Positions 43,601-56,152 are shown, counted from the stretch's first letter. The stretch: DNA of 64,000 bases from Calditrichia bacterium (GCA_963796965.1 CAWCNS010000009.1:96001-160000), one strand, 5' to 3'. The notes: generated from the sequence alone by a model not told the origin. Numbers and translations: made by a program.

Positions 43601-44815
43601 GAACAGTTAGTGTATCACTCGAACACCCCCCTCAATCTCCCCCCTTGATAGGGGGGAAGTCAATCTTTCCCCATTAAAAAAGGGGGACAAAGTAAGGGGA
43701 TTGCTCATTTATAAAAATCATTGTCACCAACACCGGTTCCTATATTCCTCCTGAAAAAATCGCTCATATCTTTGACCGGTTCTATCAGGCGGACGATTCT
43801 ACTATACGGGGACATGAGGGCAGTGGCATCGGGCTGGCTTTAACAAAGGAGTTGGTCGAATTACATCATGGCCAAATTAGGGTGGAGAGTAGCATCGATA
43901 AAGGGACTACTTTCACCGTTAGCCTACCGATGGGCAAAGAACATTTAAAAGAAATGGAAATTAGTCCGTCAGCACCACCTTCCTCACATAAATTTGAAAC
44001 GAGTTATTATATGAAACGGAAGCAGTAGGAAATGTCCGGCCAAAAGCCAGGAAAAAATCACCCTTAATCATGATCATCGAAGATAATCCCGATGTACGTT
44101 TTTATATTCGCGGGCATCTGGAATCCTCTTTCCGGATTATTGAGGCCGGTGAAGGGAATAAAGGATTAAAATTAGCGATAAAAAAAATTCCGGATCTGAT
44201 TATTAGTGATGTAATGATGCCGGGGATGGATGGATTTGAATTGTGCCAAAAATTAAAAACGGACGAGCGTACCAGCCATATTCCTGTAATTCTCTTAACC
44301 GCCAGAGCGACAACAGAAGATAAGATCAATGGCCTGGAAACCGGTGCTGACGATTATCTGACCAAACCTTTTGACGCCGATGAGTTACGGGTGCGGATTA
44401 AATAATTTAATTACCCAAAGAGAGAAATTGCGTAATCATTACCTGAAAACACATCAACTTGATTCGAATAATGTGGCAGTAACTCCGACAGACAAAGTAT
44501 TTATATCTAAAATTATTTCCATTACGGATACACATCTGGCAGAACCAGACTATAGCATCGAATCATTGGCCCGGGATGTGGGTTTTAGCCACTCTCAATT
44601 GATACGTAAATTGGAAAGTTTAACCGGTTTAACACCCAGTCTCTTTATCCGCTCCCGACGCTTGATTCACGCCAAACAATTATTGGATCAAAAAGCAGGT
44701 AATATTTCGCAGATTGCCTACGATTGCGGATTTAATAATTTGTCCTATTTCTCGCGAAGTTTTAAAGACTCAGTTTGGACAACTTCCTTCGGACTATATC
44801 AAAGACCCGCATTAA
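40603..44815 (+). CDS. Second hybrid two-component sensor/AraC regulator, broken by many frameshifts (start approximate)
   Basis: Fragments in order: [15 protein letters not shown], propeller repeats, [29 protein letters not shown], Ara[14 protein letters not shown]. Confidence 0.8.
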
Positions 44816-45158
44816 TTGCCTGTCACCTATTTAGTAAACTGTTTTTTCTCCCATTTACGATCAAAATACATAGATGTTACGATGAGCGGAGTGAACGTCA
44901 CAGGACTACAATGGTTTGACATAAGAATAAATTTCTTATTAACCATATACATCTATACACATTATGTTATCTTAACATTTGATAAATCACCTCTTTATGA
45001 AAATCAGTACCTATGTCAATACGATTAATTATCCAATATCCGATCAAATGCAAAATAAGTGTTAAAGATTGCGCAATGAGTGTTAGACTTTAGCAGTAGT
45101 AATTTATATTATTCTCCTGAGTTCCTATAATAAGGCATTTTAAAAAAGGAGATTGGTC

Positions 45159-48100
45159 ATGAAAACTATTTTAGCAATTTGCATTATACTTGTTGTTGCC
45201 TTTTCAGCCCGGGCAGATAATCTAAATGTCCCACAAGATTATTCCACTATTCAGGAAGCAATCAATTCCGCGCAACAGGGGGATATGGTATTGGTGGCCG
45301 AAGGTACCTATCTGGAAAATATCAATTTCAAAGGTAAAGCGATTACCGTTGCCAGTCATTATATCCTGGATCAGGATACCTCACATATATCCGCAACGAT
45401 AATCGATGGCAGTCAGCGGTCACATCCCGATAGCGGATCAGTGGTTTATTTTACGTCCGGAGAAGATACAACCTCGGTATTACAAGGTTTTACAATAACC
45501 GGCGGAACAGGTACGGTTACATTCGGAGGCGGTGAGAGATTAGCAAGAATGGGGGGTGGTATTTGTATAATGGACGCAGGTGCTAAAATAAGCCATAACT
45601 ATATTTGTAATAATTCTGTTACCGATTCATTTGTAGTAATTGGTGGTGGGTTAACAGCTGGTCCACCTACGTCTAACTCACTAGTTATTATAGAAAATAA
45701 TACTTTTGACTCGAATTCTTGTCTTAGAAGTATTTTCGCCTCAAACGGAGGGGGAATGAGTATTGTTATGAAGGCCAGGATATATAATAATACTTTCAGC
45801 AATAATTTTGTTTCTTCTGACTCAGGGGAAGCCTTTGGCGGAGGATTTCTAGTTGCTTATAATTTAGATTCTACTCTGATATATAATAATTTAATAACCA
45901 ATAATAAAGTCGAAACTTTATATGGTACAGGTCCTTTTGATGGTGCCTTGGGCGGCGGAATTATGGTTTGGAATGATATGACTTCATATGTCCGAATTGT
46001 GAATAATATAGTAGCTGATAATGAAGTAAGCAGTTCGATTTGGTCAGCAGGCGCTGGCATTTGTTTTGAAGATGTGAGCGGAGATATTCTTTTTTCAAAC
46101 AACCTTGTTTATGATAATTTTTATAGTGGCCTAGCTGAATGTCATGGAACCGGTATAGGCATTCAGGACAATACAGTGCTTAGTATTGTAAATAATACCA
46201 TAACAGGTAATGAAGCTTCTCCGAATGGGGGTGCTCTAAGCACCTGGAAAACAATTTCTACAAAAGCAATGAATAATATCTTTTGGGGAAACAGCATGGG
46301 ATCCTCAAAACCGGAAATTGCTATTTGGGAAGGAGAACCTGCTGATATTGTTTATTCCAATATCCAGGGCGGTTGGACGGGCGAAGGAAATATTGATGTG
46401 AATCCACGATTTACCGATAGCCTTTTCCATCTTTCAGATTCCAGCCGATGCATTGGTGCTGGTAGTGCCTCCCATAATTTTTCTGGAGCTATAGTTACCG
46501 CTCCCGGCGATGATTTTAGCGGCGACGTCCGACCAAATCCTGCCGGCAGCCATCCCGATATGGGCGCCATGGAAAATGAGCGAGCGGTTCCGCTTTTATC
46601 GGTAATCCAAATCCCGGAAGATTATCAAACCATACAGGCGGGCGTCGATGCTGCCGAGGATGGCGATACGGTCCTGGTGGCCGAAGGGACTTATTATGAA
46701 AATATTATCATCCAATCCAAGGATATTACCCTGGCCAGTTATTTTTTAATGGATGGTGACACCAGTCATATATCAGGAACCGTCATTAATGGCAGCCAGC
46801 CTGTTAATACAGATACGGCAAGTGTGGTAACCATTTTGAATAGTCCGGACGCCAATGTACTTTGTGGATTTACCATAACCGGTGGTGGTGGTCATAAAAA
46901 TATATTTGGCGAATCATTCGTTGCCCGGGGAGGCGGTGGGATCCAGATTTTAGGCTCAAGTGCTACGATTACAAATAATCATATTATTAACAATGTAATT
47001 AACGACAGATATAATCCGGAAGGCGTTGACGGTGCTCAGGGAGGGGGCATCCTCTTTACTTCTATAAGCCCTATTAGCGGTTTGACATTAAACCTGTCTA
47101 ATAATTTAATTGCGGGTAATCGTGTTGAATCGGCAATGACCGGAGGAGGTGCATTATCGATTGATTATCCATACAAAGATATAACATTGAATTTTATCAT
47201 TGAAAAAAATATAATCAAGGACAATACAATTATAAATACAGACGACTGGAAAGCGATGGGTGGAGGGATTTTCCTAGGTTTTTATCTTCCAACAGAAGGG
47301 ACTCAAATCATCAGAAATAACATCATCAGCAACAATCGGGCTATTTGTAACGTTCCTTCAAAACATAGTTTCGGCGGCGGAATGTATATTGTATTGGTAG
47401 AATCTATTAATGACGGAGCAGTAGATTATAATCCAGGGCCTTATATTTATAATAATATTATAAGCGGAAATCATTCTGATTATCTTGGTGGCGGCGTATC
47501 TGTCTGGCGCGGGTATAAATCAACCCCTAGTTCATTATTTACACCATTAGGATCTGCTGGCCATTACACACCAAAACCTTCTTTTGTCAACAACACCATT
47601 GTCAATAATACAGCCCTGGACGGATCAGGATTTTATATCATGAACCACAAACCTTTTCTGATGAATAATATTATCTGGAATATTTATCCTCCAGATGCTG
47701 TGTGGGGTGAGATCTTTTTAGGTGACGAGCCACAATGGACCGAATGGGTTGAACCCAACAAATATGGTGACGCTGAAATTTATTATACGGATATTCAGGG
47801 CGGTTGGGATAAGGGCCAGGGGAATATAAACATTGATCCACAATTTATTCCGGGTGATTCCCTATATCGGCTTACAGATACCGGTGATACCAGCATGTGT
47901 CTGAATACGGGTATTGACAGCATTGAAATTGATGGTACGGTATATCAAGCACCCTCGACTGATTATGCCGGTAAAACCCGGCCGCAGCCGACAGGGACGC
48001 CTCCCGATATGGGGGCCTGGGAATCGGACGTGGTTAATTCCCTGGAAGAATTAGAGGGTTTACCCTTTCCAAAATCTTTTACTTTAAAGCAAAATTACCC

Positions 48101-48338
48101 TAATCCTTTCAATCCGACGACGACCATCGAATTTCAGATTCCTAATTCCCAGTCCGTCACATTAAAAATCTACAATCTCCTTGGCCAACAAGTTTCAACC
48201 TTAGTTTCTGAAAAATTAAAAGCAGGAAATTATGCATACAAATGGAATGCATCTGGTTTCGCCAGTGGCGTATATTACTATAGACTAGAGGTACATGGGA
48301 AGTATGTGCAAACCAAAAAGCTCGTATTACTGAAATAA
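45159..48338 (+). CDS. Large secreted protein with two tandem beta-helix modules and CTD
   Basis: Two copies of V/IP.DY.TIQ......GD.VLVAEGTY.ENI ... PDMGA.E; NYPNPFNP CTD; paralog of 31539..33259. Confidence 0.85.
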   Translation: MKTILAICIILVVAFSARADNLNVPQDYSTIQEAINSAQQGDMVLVAEGTYLENINFKGKAITVASHYILDQDTSHISATIIDGSQRSHPDSGSVVYFTSGEDTTSVLQGFTITGGTGTVTFGGGERLARMGGGICIMDAGAKISHNYICNNSVTDSFVVIGGGLTAGPPTSNSLVIIENNTFDSNSCLRSIFASNGGGMSIVMKARIYNNTFSNNFVSSDSGEAFGGGFLVAYNLDSTLIYNNLITNNKVETLYGTGPFDGALGGGIMVWNDMTSYVRIVNNIVADNEVSSSIWSAGAGICFEDVSGDILFSNNLVYDNFYSGLAECHGTGIGIQDNTVLSIVNNTITGNEASPNGGALSTWKTISTKAMNNIFWGNSMGSSKPEIAIWEGEPADIVYSNIQGGWTGEGNIDVNPRFTDSLFHLSDSSRCIGAGSASHNFSGAIVTAPGDDFSGDVRPNPAGSHPDMGAMENERAVPLLSVIQIPEDYQTIQAGVDAAEDGDTVLVAEGTYYENIIIQSKDITLASYFLMDGDTSHISGTVINGSQPVNTDTASVVTILNSPDANVLCGFTITGGGGHKNIFGESFVARGGGGIQILGSSATITNNHIINNVINDRYNPEGVDGAQGGGILFTSISPISGLTLNLSNNLIAGNRVESAMTGGGALSIDYPYKDITLNFIIEKNIIKDNTIINTDDWKAMGGGIFLGFYLPTEGTQIIRNNIISNNRAICNVPSKHSFGGGMYIVLVESINDGAVDYNPGPYIYNNIISGNHSDYLGGGVSVWRGYKSTPSSLFTPLGSAGHYTPKPSFVNNTIVNNTALDGSGFYIMNHKPFLMNNIIWNIYPPDAVWGEIFLGDEPQWTEWVEPNKYGDAEIYYTDIQGGWDKGQGNINIDPQFIPGDSLYRLTDTGDTSMCLNTGIDSIEIDGTVYQAPSTDYAGKTRPQPTGTPPDMGAWESDVVNSLEELEGLPFPKSFTLKQNYPNPFNPTTTIEFQIPNSQSVTLKIYNLLGQQVSTLVSEKLKAGNYAYKWNASGFASGVYYYRLEVHGKYVQTKKLVLLK

Positions 48339-48362
48339 ACAGAAATCATCCCGATTTATCAG

Positions 48363-48438
48363 GGCGGCTTATATTTATACCGCCTGGAAACAGATAATGG
48401 ATTTGTACAAACTAAAAAGACTTTTGTTGATAAAATGA
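48363..48438 (+). pseudogene. Orphan CTD tail
   Basis: GGLYLYRLETDNGFVQTKK(+1)LLLIK* about 25 bp after the real stop of the upstream gene. Confidence 0.7.
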
Positions 48439-48473
48439 GAATGGGTAATATAATTGTAGAGTATTCTTAAAAT

Positions 48474-48863
48474 TTACCATATTCGATAAATCGAATATAA
48501 ATCATAATTTTTATCCGATGTAATCACAGGCAAATTTTCATACATAGCCTGAGAAATAATCAGCCGGTCAAAGGGATCCCGGTGATGAGATGGGTAATTT
48601 TTCCAGAGGGATACAAATGCTCAGGGAAAATATATGGAGATTTGAATATTATTATTTATCACATGTTGTTCAACAAAATGATTCAATACTTGATTTTATT
48701 TCCAGTTCCTGGAGACTGGATTTAATAGATATCTCCCAAATACTTGCCAAACTTAGAAAAATAATATTTTTTTTCATCAAGATAGATGTTCTTTGCTTTC
48801 CTGCTCAGACGATGATCATCCGTCAAAATCCAAAGAAGTGCAGCGTGTATCCAATAAATACTA

Positions 48864-48864
<1 letters not shown>
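48474..48864 (-). pseudogene. vapC: PIN-domain (VapC) toxin, frameshifted, start damaged
   Basis: Manual translation YLLDT..LLW...LSLASIWEISIK...HHRDPFDRLIISQA...ITSD...IW*. Confidence 0.75.
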
Positions 48865-49106
<242 letters not shown>

Positions 49107-49161
49107 TTAGTCAACAATATGACCAAGTTAATATATTGTACACTGAAATGTAATCTTTTTT

Positions 49162-50273
49162 CTATATTTTTATAAATATCTTCTTCCGGTAAAGCAGCCA
49201 GGCAACACCATACAATAACAAAACAAAACTAAGGGCAAATGCCAGGGAAGCGATCTTTGGTTCCATCCAGGAAGCAAATAAACTCTCATAAATCACTTTC
49301 TTAAGGGGCAAATCTCTTCTCCTATTTTTATATAGTACAAGAGTCTGGCCAGGATACCGGAAAGAACATAAACCGTAATCGCATTCATGCCGTAGATAAT
49401 AAATGGTTTCGTCCATTTTCGATATCCCTTAACATCGGCCAGATAATAACAAAAGGCCAATACGATTAAAGCCATGCCGGTCATGATCACCGTATAAGAA
49501 CTTGTCCAGATATTTTTGTTTATAGGCAACCATTGATTCCAGATCACACCAATCCAAAGAGCCAGATTTCCATAGAGAAACATTTGCACGGTTTTTTCCA
49601 ACTGACTTTTTTTCGATCGAAGCATATGTCCGGTGAGCACACCAAACAGGGTCATGGAAATGGCCGGCAATGTACTGAATACCCCCTCCGGATCCCATGT
49701 TTTCGTATACGTCCACATATGACCATTAAGCACCAACTGATCAATATAGGCCGAAAAGTTCTGCCCTTTCTCATACAGGCCTGCCCCTATCCCGGGAACA
49801 GGATACCAGGCCATAAAAGCCCAGTAGACAAAAAGAAGTCCAATTGCCCAAATCCATTGCGCCCGTTTGCCACTATGGAGATAGATGAGCGAAACTATAA
49901 AGTAACAGACGGCTATTCGTTGTAAAACCCCAGGAATCCGGATAGTCGAAAAATCATAATAAGGGAATCCACTTAAAAATAATCCCAACCCAAAAAGAAT
50001 TAAAGTCCGTCTGACTATCTTTTTATAGAGATTAATTTTGGATGTACTTGCTATTACCCTATCTGAGAAAGCATAAACAATTGCCACACCAACGATGAAG
50101 AGAAAAAAGGGAAAGATCAAATCTGTAAAGGTCCAGCCATGCCATTTTGCATGTAAAAAGGGGGCATAAACATTTCCCCAGTCCCCGGGATTGTTAACCA
50201 GAATCATCGCCGCGATAGTGGCCCCCCGGAACACATCTAAAGAAACCAGTCTTTCTTTTACTATTGATGTCAT
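49162..50273 (-). CDS. Heparan-alpha-glucosaminide N-acetyltransferase-like (NagX/DUF5009) membrane protein; frameshift near 49310
   Basis: RLVSLDVFRG, HAKWHGWTFTDLIFPFFLF, PGVLQRI, DPEG, PINKNIWTSS and C-terminal LYRKKIFIKI. Confidence 0.85.
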
Positions 50274-50319
50274 AAAAATCCTCTATCTTCATATATGGAT
50301 TAGATGTGTATTCTTTTTT

Positions 50320-50423
50320 TCACACAGAGACGCAAAGTCACAAAGAAGGCACTAAGATCACAAAGTTTTAAATAAGGAATTTTTCTTTGTGCACTCTGTG
50401 CCTTCTTTGTGAACTTTGTGTTT
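50320..50423. repeat. CACAAAG/CTTTGTG inverted REP-like element
   Basis: cacacagag..cacaaag..cacaaag versus ctttgtg..ctctgtg..ctttgtg..ctttgtg; similar elements at 58454-58634 and 58698-58873. Confidence 0.65.
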
Positions 50424-50846
50424 ATAATCAGACTAAAAATTAATTACACAATTAGAATATAAGCGCCATCTAAATATATAAATTGTCTGTATGAATCAAT
50501 TGGTTAATTTAGGGAATAACCGGATATACTTCCATATAATATATAGCTTCTGATACTTTAGTACCATGGCTCAGAAATACTGCTAAGAATCTTTCTAAAA
50601 AGAGTCTTTCATTTATCAAAATATAGCTTTATTTTAATTTCTATCTAACCGGGGTGAATGATTATTCAATAATATACAGATTAAGGCCAGATGGATGAGA
50701 TCTTTTTTATGGAAATTGTAAATCTTTTGGGCAAACGTTTGCACGAAATTGATTCCATGGGTATATTATAGGAATTTCCCATCATTAAGATACGTAATCT
50801 CACACGATCAACATAAATATTTATGATTCCATGAAAGGATAAAAAA

Positions 50847-51473
50847 ATGTTCAAATTATTTCTGATTAGTCTGCTGGCTCTGCTCCTTCTAATTTCTTGT
50901 GCCACACAAGACAAAAATGAACCAGCCAAGGCAGATACTAATGCTGGTGAGTGGATCCCATTGATTAAGGCAAACAGCCTTGATGGTTGGTTCGTACGCG
51001 GAAAAGCGACCTGGCAAGTCAAAGATGGCGTCCTGATGGGTGATGGTGGTATGGGTCATATTTATGCTGATCCCGTACTTACAGACCTGGAAGTTAAGGG
51101 TCAATTTCGTGTCAGCGAGAATGGCAATAGCGGTCTTTATTTCAGAGCAAATCCTCCCGAAGATAATCCGGACGGCTTCCCAAAAGGATACGAATCCCAA
51201 ATCGATAATCACCAGGATGCCCACACGGCCTGGATCTGGAAACCAGGCAATCCTTCTGCAAAAGCCAATAAATTAATCACAAAAGATAATGAATGGTTTG
51301 AAATGCATGTGAAGGTTGTCGGCGATCACATCCAGGTGTGGGTCAACGGTGAAAAAATGACGGATTACCGTGACACAGACTATACCAAGGGTCATTTTGC
51401 TATCCAGGGACATAATCCCGGTATGACGATTGAGATTAAAGATCTGGTTTACAAAGATTTGTCTGGAAAATAA
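50847..51473 (+). CDS. DUF1080 (3-keto-disaccharide hydrolase) lipoprotein
   Basis: Lipobox LLISC; SLDGW..W.V.DG, GNSGLYFR, YESQID and GHFAIQGH motifs. Confidence 0.85.
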   Translation: MFKLFLISLLALLLLISCATQDKNEPAKADTNAGEWIPLIKANSLDGWFVRGKATWQVKDGVLMGDGGMGHIYADPVLTDLEVKGQFRVSENGNSGLYFRANPPEDNPDGFPKGYESQIDNHQDAHTAWIWKPGNPSAKANKLITKDNEWFEMHVKVVGDHIQVWVNGEKMTDYRDTDYTKGHFAIQGHNPGMTIEIKDLVYKDLSGK

Positions 51474-51846
51474 AGAGTTAGCAATTTTTCGAGACGTGTA
51501 TTTCACGCAGCGACGCAGCGACGCTACGCGTAAATATAATTTTATTATCTATAGTAACTTGGAAACATTACCCGATTCAATTGAACCTTCCTAAGTTCTC
51601 CGGATGAGGACAGGTATTTATTCCAGGTGTAAAGAAATTATCATTCAAGTTTAATTTTGACTTAATAATTCTCTTTATCAAAGATACTTTTAAAATGGTC
51701 TATTTGATTGAGAGTCTTCCTTGAAACATTTTTTTCATATATGTAATGCAGGGCTTTCTAAACCAATTAATACGGAAAGATATACGTAAAACTTCGCCCA
51801 TGTAAGAAGTTTCTGGTATTTTTTTGCTAACAATAGAAGGCGGTAA

Positions 51847-54616
51847 ATGGAAAAGAACATCCGAATTCAAACGACTCACCTGATAATTTTTCTTCTCCTC
51901 CTGATCATCACATCAGGAAACACCCAAACTAAATTCGTAATGCCGGCAAATGACCGAATCAAAACAAATATTGATTTTGGCTGGCGATACCTTGCCCAGG
52001 ATTTCCCACATGAAGAAGAAACCCACCAGGTAAATGAATTACCGTGGCAAGATGTTAATCTTCCACATGAATGGTCCATTGAGGGTCCGTTTAATAAAGA
52101 ACACAATACCACCCAGGGATTTTTACCTATGGAAATTGGCTGGTATCGTAAAGGTTTGCGCTTTCCGGACTCCTATGCAGGGAAAAAGATCTTTATCATT
52201 TTTGATGGCGTCTATCGTGATAGTGATGTTTGGATGAATTATGCCCACCTGGGTCATCACGAATCCGGGTATACCAGTTTTATGTATGATCTGACAGATT
52301 ATGTGCGAACCGGCAACCGGATTCCCAATGGTCTGCGTGTCCGAGTAGATGGCCGCAGGCATGAACAGGACATGTATGAAGGAACAGGGATTTACCGCCA
52401 TGTCTGGATCCTTGTCACGAATAAATTACATATGACGGAGTGGGGTACGTTTATATCAGCCCCGGAGATCACAGACGATAACGCGCTGCTTAAAGCACAA
52501 ACATTAGTCAAAAACGAAAATGATAACCCCAAAAAATGTCAGTTAACCACCTATATTGTTGATGCAAAGGGATCAGTTGTCGCCGAGATGAATGATTCCG
52601 CGACGATTCCAGCAATGGGAGAAATTGAGTTTTCTCAATCGGTTTCTATCGATAATCCCCACCGCTGGGACATTGATGATCCCTATCTTTATAAAGCCTA
52701 CAGCGTATTAAAAGATGAAGAGACGGTAGTGGACGGTACAGAGACAAACTTTGGTATACGTACGTTTCGTTTTGATCCGGACAAAGGTTTTTTTCTAAAT
52801 GGACGCCCCATAAAATTAAAGGGATTCAATGCCCATTATGATTTTGCCGGATTAGGAACAGCCATTCCTGATCGTATTCACTGGAATGTGATGTCTGCCA
52901 TGAAAAAGGCCGGTTTTAATTTTTATCGCTCCAGTCATAATCCAGCCACACCGGAGCGTCTTGAGGTCTGTGATGAATTGGGGATCCTCGTTTGGGATGA
53001 GATCGAACGAAAGCTGGAGAGTATGGAGGTGGAACTTGCCCTCGTTCGGGAAACCATTACCCGTGACCGTAATCACCCCAGTGTAATCCTCTGGTCCCTT
53101 GAAAATGAATCACCACTCGAGAGTACGGTATTCGGAACAAAAATAATTACAGCAGCCACAGAGTTGGCCCATCAACTTGATCCAACCCGACCGACAACCT
53201 TTGCCGCCTCAATGCCTGTTAACAAGAACGGCTACGGAGAAGCTGCCGACGTGGTCAGTTATAATTATCACTGGAAACGGGCTGACCAGGATCATATTGA
53301 TTATCCCCATTGGAAAATCGGCTTTCTCAGTGAGTATTCCGCTGCGCGCAGCCGCAGAGGCGTCTATGGCGTGGAAAATTTTGCCCGTGCTGATAATGAT
53401 TCTTATCTTGATCTCTACTGGGGTATGGTACAATCCATGTATGAAATGTGCAGCACGGTAGAGAAATACTGGCGCAGGATTAAGGCCAGAGAATATATCG
53501 CCGGAGGCTGTTTATGGAGCGGAATGGATTGCTGGGGTGAAGGAAATGCCTGGCCTCTGATCTCCCGAGGTGATGGGGCTGTCGATAATTGTCTTTTCCC
53601 TAAGGATGTTTATTATTATTTTGCCAGCATGTGGACGACTGAACCCATGGCCCATCTCTTACCCCACTGGAATTGGGAAGGCAAGGATGATGCCCCCATC
53701 GATGTTTGGTGTTATACCAATTGTGAAAGTGCTGAATTATTTTTAAATGGACGTTCGCTCGGCGTTCAGTATCGCTCACCAGAACCAGATCAGTGGAAAC
53801 CTGGCAAAATTTATGATGGTCCTGTTGAAAGATCAGAAACCTACCCTGAGCATCTGGAATGGAAAGTCCCTTATCAAGCGGGTATCCTAAAAGTTGAGGG
53901 TAAGCGTGGGGGTAAGGTCGTCTATCGAAACGAAATCAAAACGGCTGAGAAGCCTGCCCGGATTCAATTGACATCTTTAATGACCACCTATTATAGAACA
54001 AGATATGATCCCGCCTCTTCTTGCAGATGGTAGGGATATCATCGTCGTTAAAACAACTATACTAGATAAAAACGGAAACTTTGTTCCTTATGCAAACAAT
54101 AAAATAAATTTTTCTGTAGAAGGCGCAGGAAAAATAATTGGTGTTGGAAATGGTGATATCGCCAGCCATGAGGCAAATAAAGAACCGAACAGAAAAGCCT
54201 ATAATGGTCTATGTGCCGTCATTGTTCAATCCACAACCGAACCAGGTAAAATTATCATACATGCGGAATCCCCAGGTTTAGAAAATGGCGAATTTACAAT
54301 TTATTCCAAATCTCCGTCACCAACAGGGATATCTTTGGACGCTTCCCAATTAGAAGTAACAACCCAGGACACGTCTTTTGTAACCGCAACCATAAATGAC
54401 AAATTTGGAACAGTAATCAATACCGAGGCATCACCGGTGATATTCCGGATTGAGGGTCCCGGGCATTTTAAAAATGGTAAAAAAATTATCTCCATCCCTG
54501 CGGAGGCTGGTAAAGCGACCGCTTTTCTACTACCGGAGAGCGGGAAGGAGAATGTCAGAATAACCGCAACAAGTGGAAGTCTCACACCAGGTAGGATCGA
54601 ACTGAGTCGGAAATAA
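51847..54616 (+). CDS. Glycoside hydrolase family 2; frameshift near 54000
   Basis: LPHEWSIEGPF, GWYRK, FDGVY, RSSHNP and RDRNHPSVILWSLENE motifs; C-terminal Ig domains in ORF 54005..54616. Confidence 0.88.
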
Positions 54617-54652
54617 ATATAACTATAAATTAACCAAAGAAGGGAACCTATT

Positions 54653-56152
54653 GTGGAAACTCAATTCTTTTTAACAGACAAGATCATTCTGATCGTCTAT
54701 TTTATTGGTATTATATTGATGGGTTTATATTTTCGCAAACGCAGTAATACAGCCAATGGCTTTATGATCGCAAGTGGAAGATTACCAACTTGGGCCGTCA
54801 GTCTTTCGATCCTCGGTACTTTTATCAGTAGTGTAACCTTTATTGGTTATCCCGGGCAGGCGTATAATTTTAACTGGGACGCGTTTGTGTTTTCACTTTG
54901 TCTTCCTCCCGCGGCTCTGGTTGCGATGATTTATTTCATCCCGCTTTACCGCACAAAGGTAAAGGTATCGGCCTATGAATACATGGAACAGCGTTTTGGT
55001 GGCTGGGCACGTGTTTATGGCAGTATCAGTTTTATGTTTGGATCGGTCACACGCATCGGTATGATACTTTTCCTCGTATCACTTGTTTTGCAACCGCTGA
55101 CCGGTTGGGATCATGTTCCAATCATCATTGTTACGGGTATCGGTGTTATGCTCTATACAATGATTGGCGGTATGGAAGCGGTTATCTGGACAGATGTGAT
55201 ACAGGTGATAATCTTAATGGGAGGCGCAATTTTGACTATCATCATCTTGATATTGGATGTGCCGGGAGGTGTTGAGGAGATTATTGCCGTGGGTTCACAG
55301 GCTGATAAATTCTCGTTAGGATCCTGGGATTTCGATTTAATTGCGCCTACAGCCTGGGTCGTTTTGCTTTATGGTCTTATGGAAAACCTGCGTAATTTTG
55401 GTGTGGATCAGAATTATGTTCAAAGATATCAGACAGTTAGCTCAACAAAAGAAGCATCAAAATCTGTCTGGATGGCAGCCCTTACCTATATTCCTATCTC
55501 AGCCTTATTCCTTTTCATCGGTACGGCGCTTTATGCCTATTATAATGTTAATCCTGATCAGTTACCGATCGTACTTCAGGGCGAAATGATGGGTGATAAA
55601 ATTTATCCCCACTTCATCGTCACCCAAATACCCGTCGGAATACGCGGTCTCCTCATTGCTGCTATTGTTGCCGCCGCCATGAGCAGCATCGACTCTTCTC
55701 TGAATACTGTTTCCACACTCACCCTTCTCGATTTTTATAAGAGATATTGGAAAAAAGGTAAAATAGAGGATGATAAAAATGATATAAAAATGCTGCGCTG
55801 GTATACAGTTGTTTGGGGCATTATCGGTACAATTACAGGTTTATCCCTTATACAAATCCAATCAGCATTAGAGACAGGCTGGCAATTAGGCGGAATTGCC
55901 GGTGGTGGTGTGATCGGTCTCTTTCTTTTGGGACTTATGTTTAAATGGATCAAAAGCTGGCAAGCGGCTACAGCCGTTATTGCCAGTGTGATTGCCATCG
56001 CCTGGGCAACCTTTGCCCGTGATCTTCCGGAATCATTAAGTTGGCTGGAATGCATTTGGAATATGAGAATGATAGGTATAATAGGAACGATTACACTCTT
56101 AGCAGTTGGTATTTTTCTTGGACTGATTTCCTATAGAAAAGAATCAGCCTAA
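54653..56152 (+). CDS. Sodium:solute symporter
   Basis: SSVTFIGYPG, YEYMEQRF, GGMEAVIWTD, DQNYVQRY and AAAMSSIDS motifs. Confidence 0.9.
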   Translation: METQFFLTDKIILIVYFIGIILMGLYFRKRSNTANGFMIASGRLPTWAVSLSILGTFISSVTFIGYPGQAYNFNWDAFVFSLCLPPAALVAMIYFIPLYRTKVKVSAYEYMEQRFGGWARVYGSISFMFGSVTRIGMILFLVSLVLQPLTGWDHVPIIIVTGIGVMLYTMIGGMEAVIWTDVIQVIILMGGAILTIIILILDVPGGVEEIIAVGSQADKFSLGSWDFDLIAPTAWVVLLYGLMENLRNFGVDQNYVQRYQTVSSTKEASKSVWMAALTYIPISALFLFIGTALYAYYNVNPDQLPIVLQGEMMGDKIYPHFIVTQIPVGIRGLLIAAIVAAAMSSIDSSLNTVSTLTLLDFYKRYWKKGKIEDDKNDIKMLRWYTVVWGIIGTITGLSLIQIQSALETGWQLGGIAGGGVIGLFLLGLMFKWIKSWQAATAVIASVIAIAWATFARDLPESLSWLECIWNMRMIGIIGTITLLAVGIFLGLISYRKESA

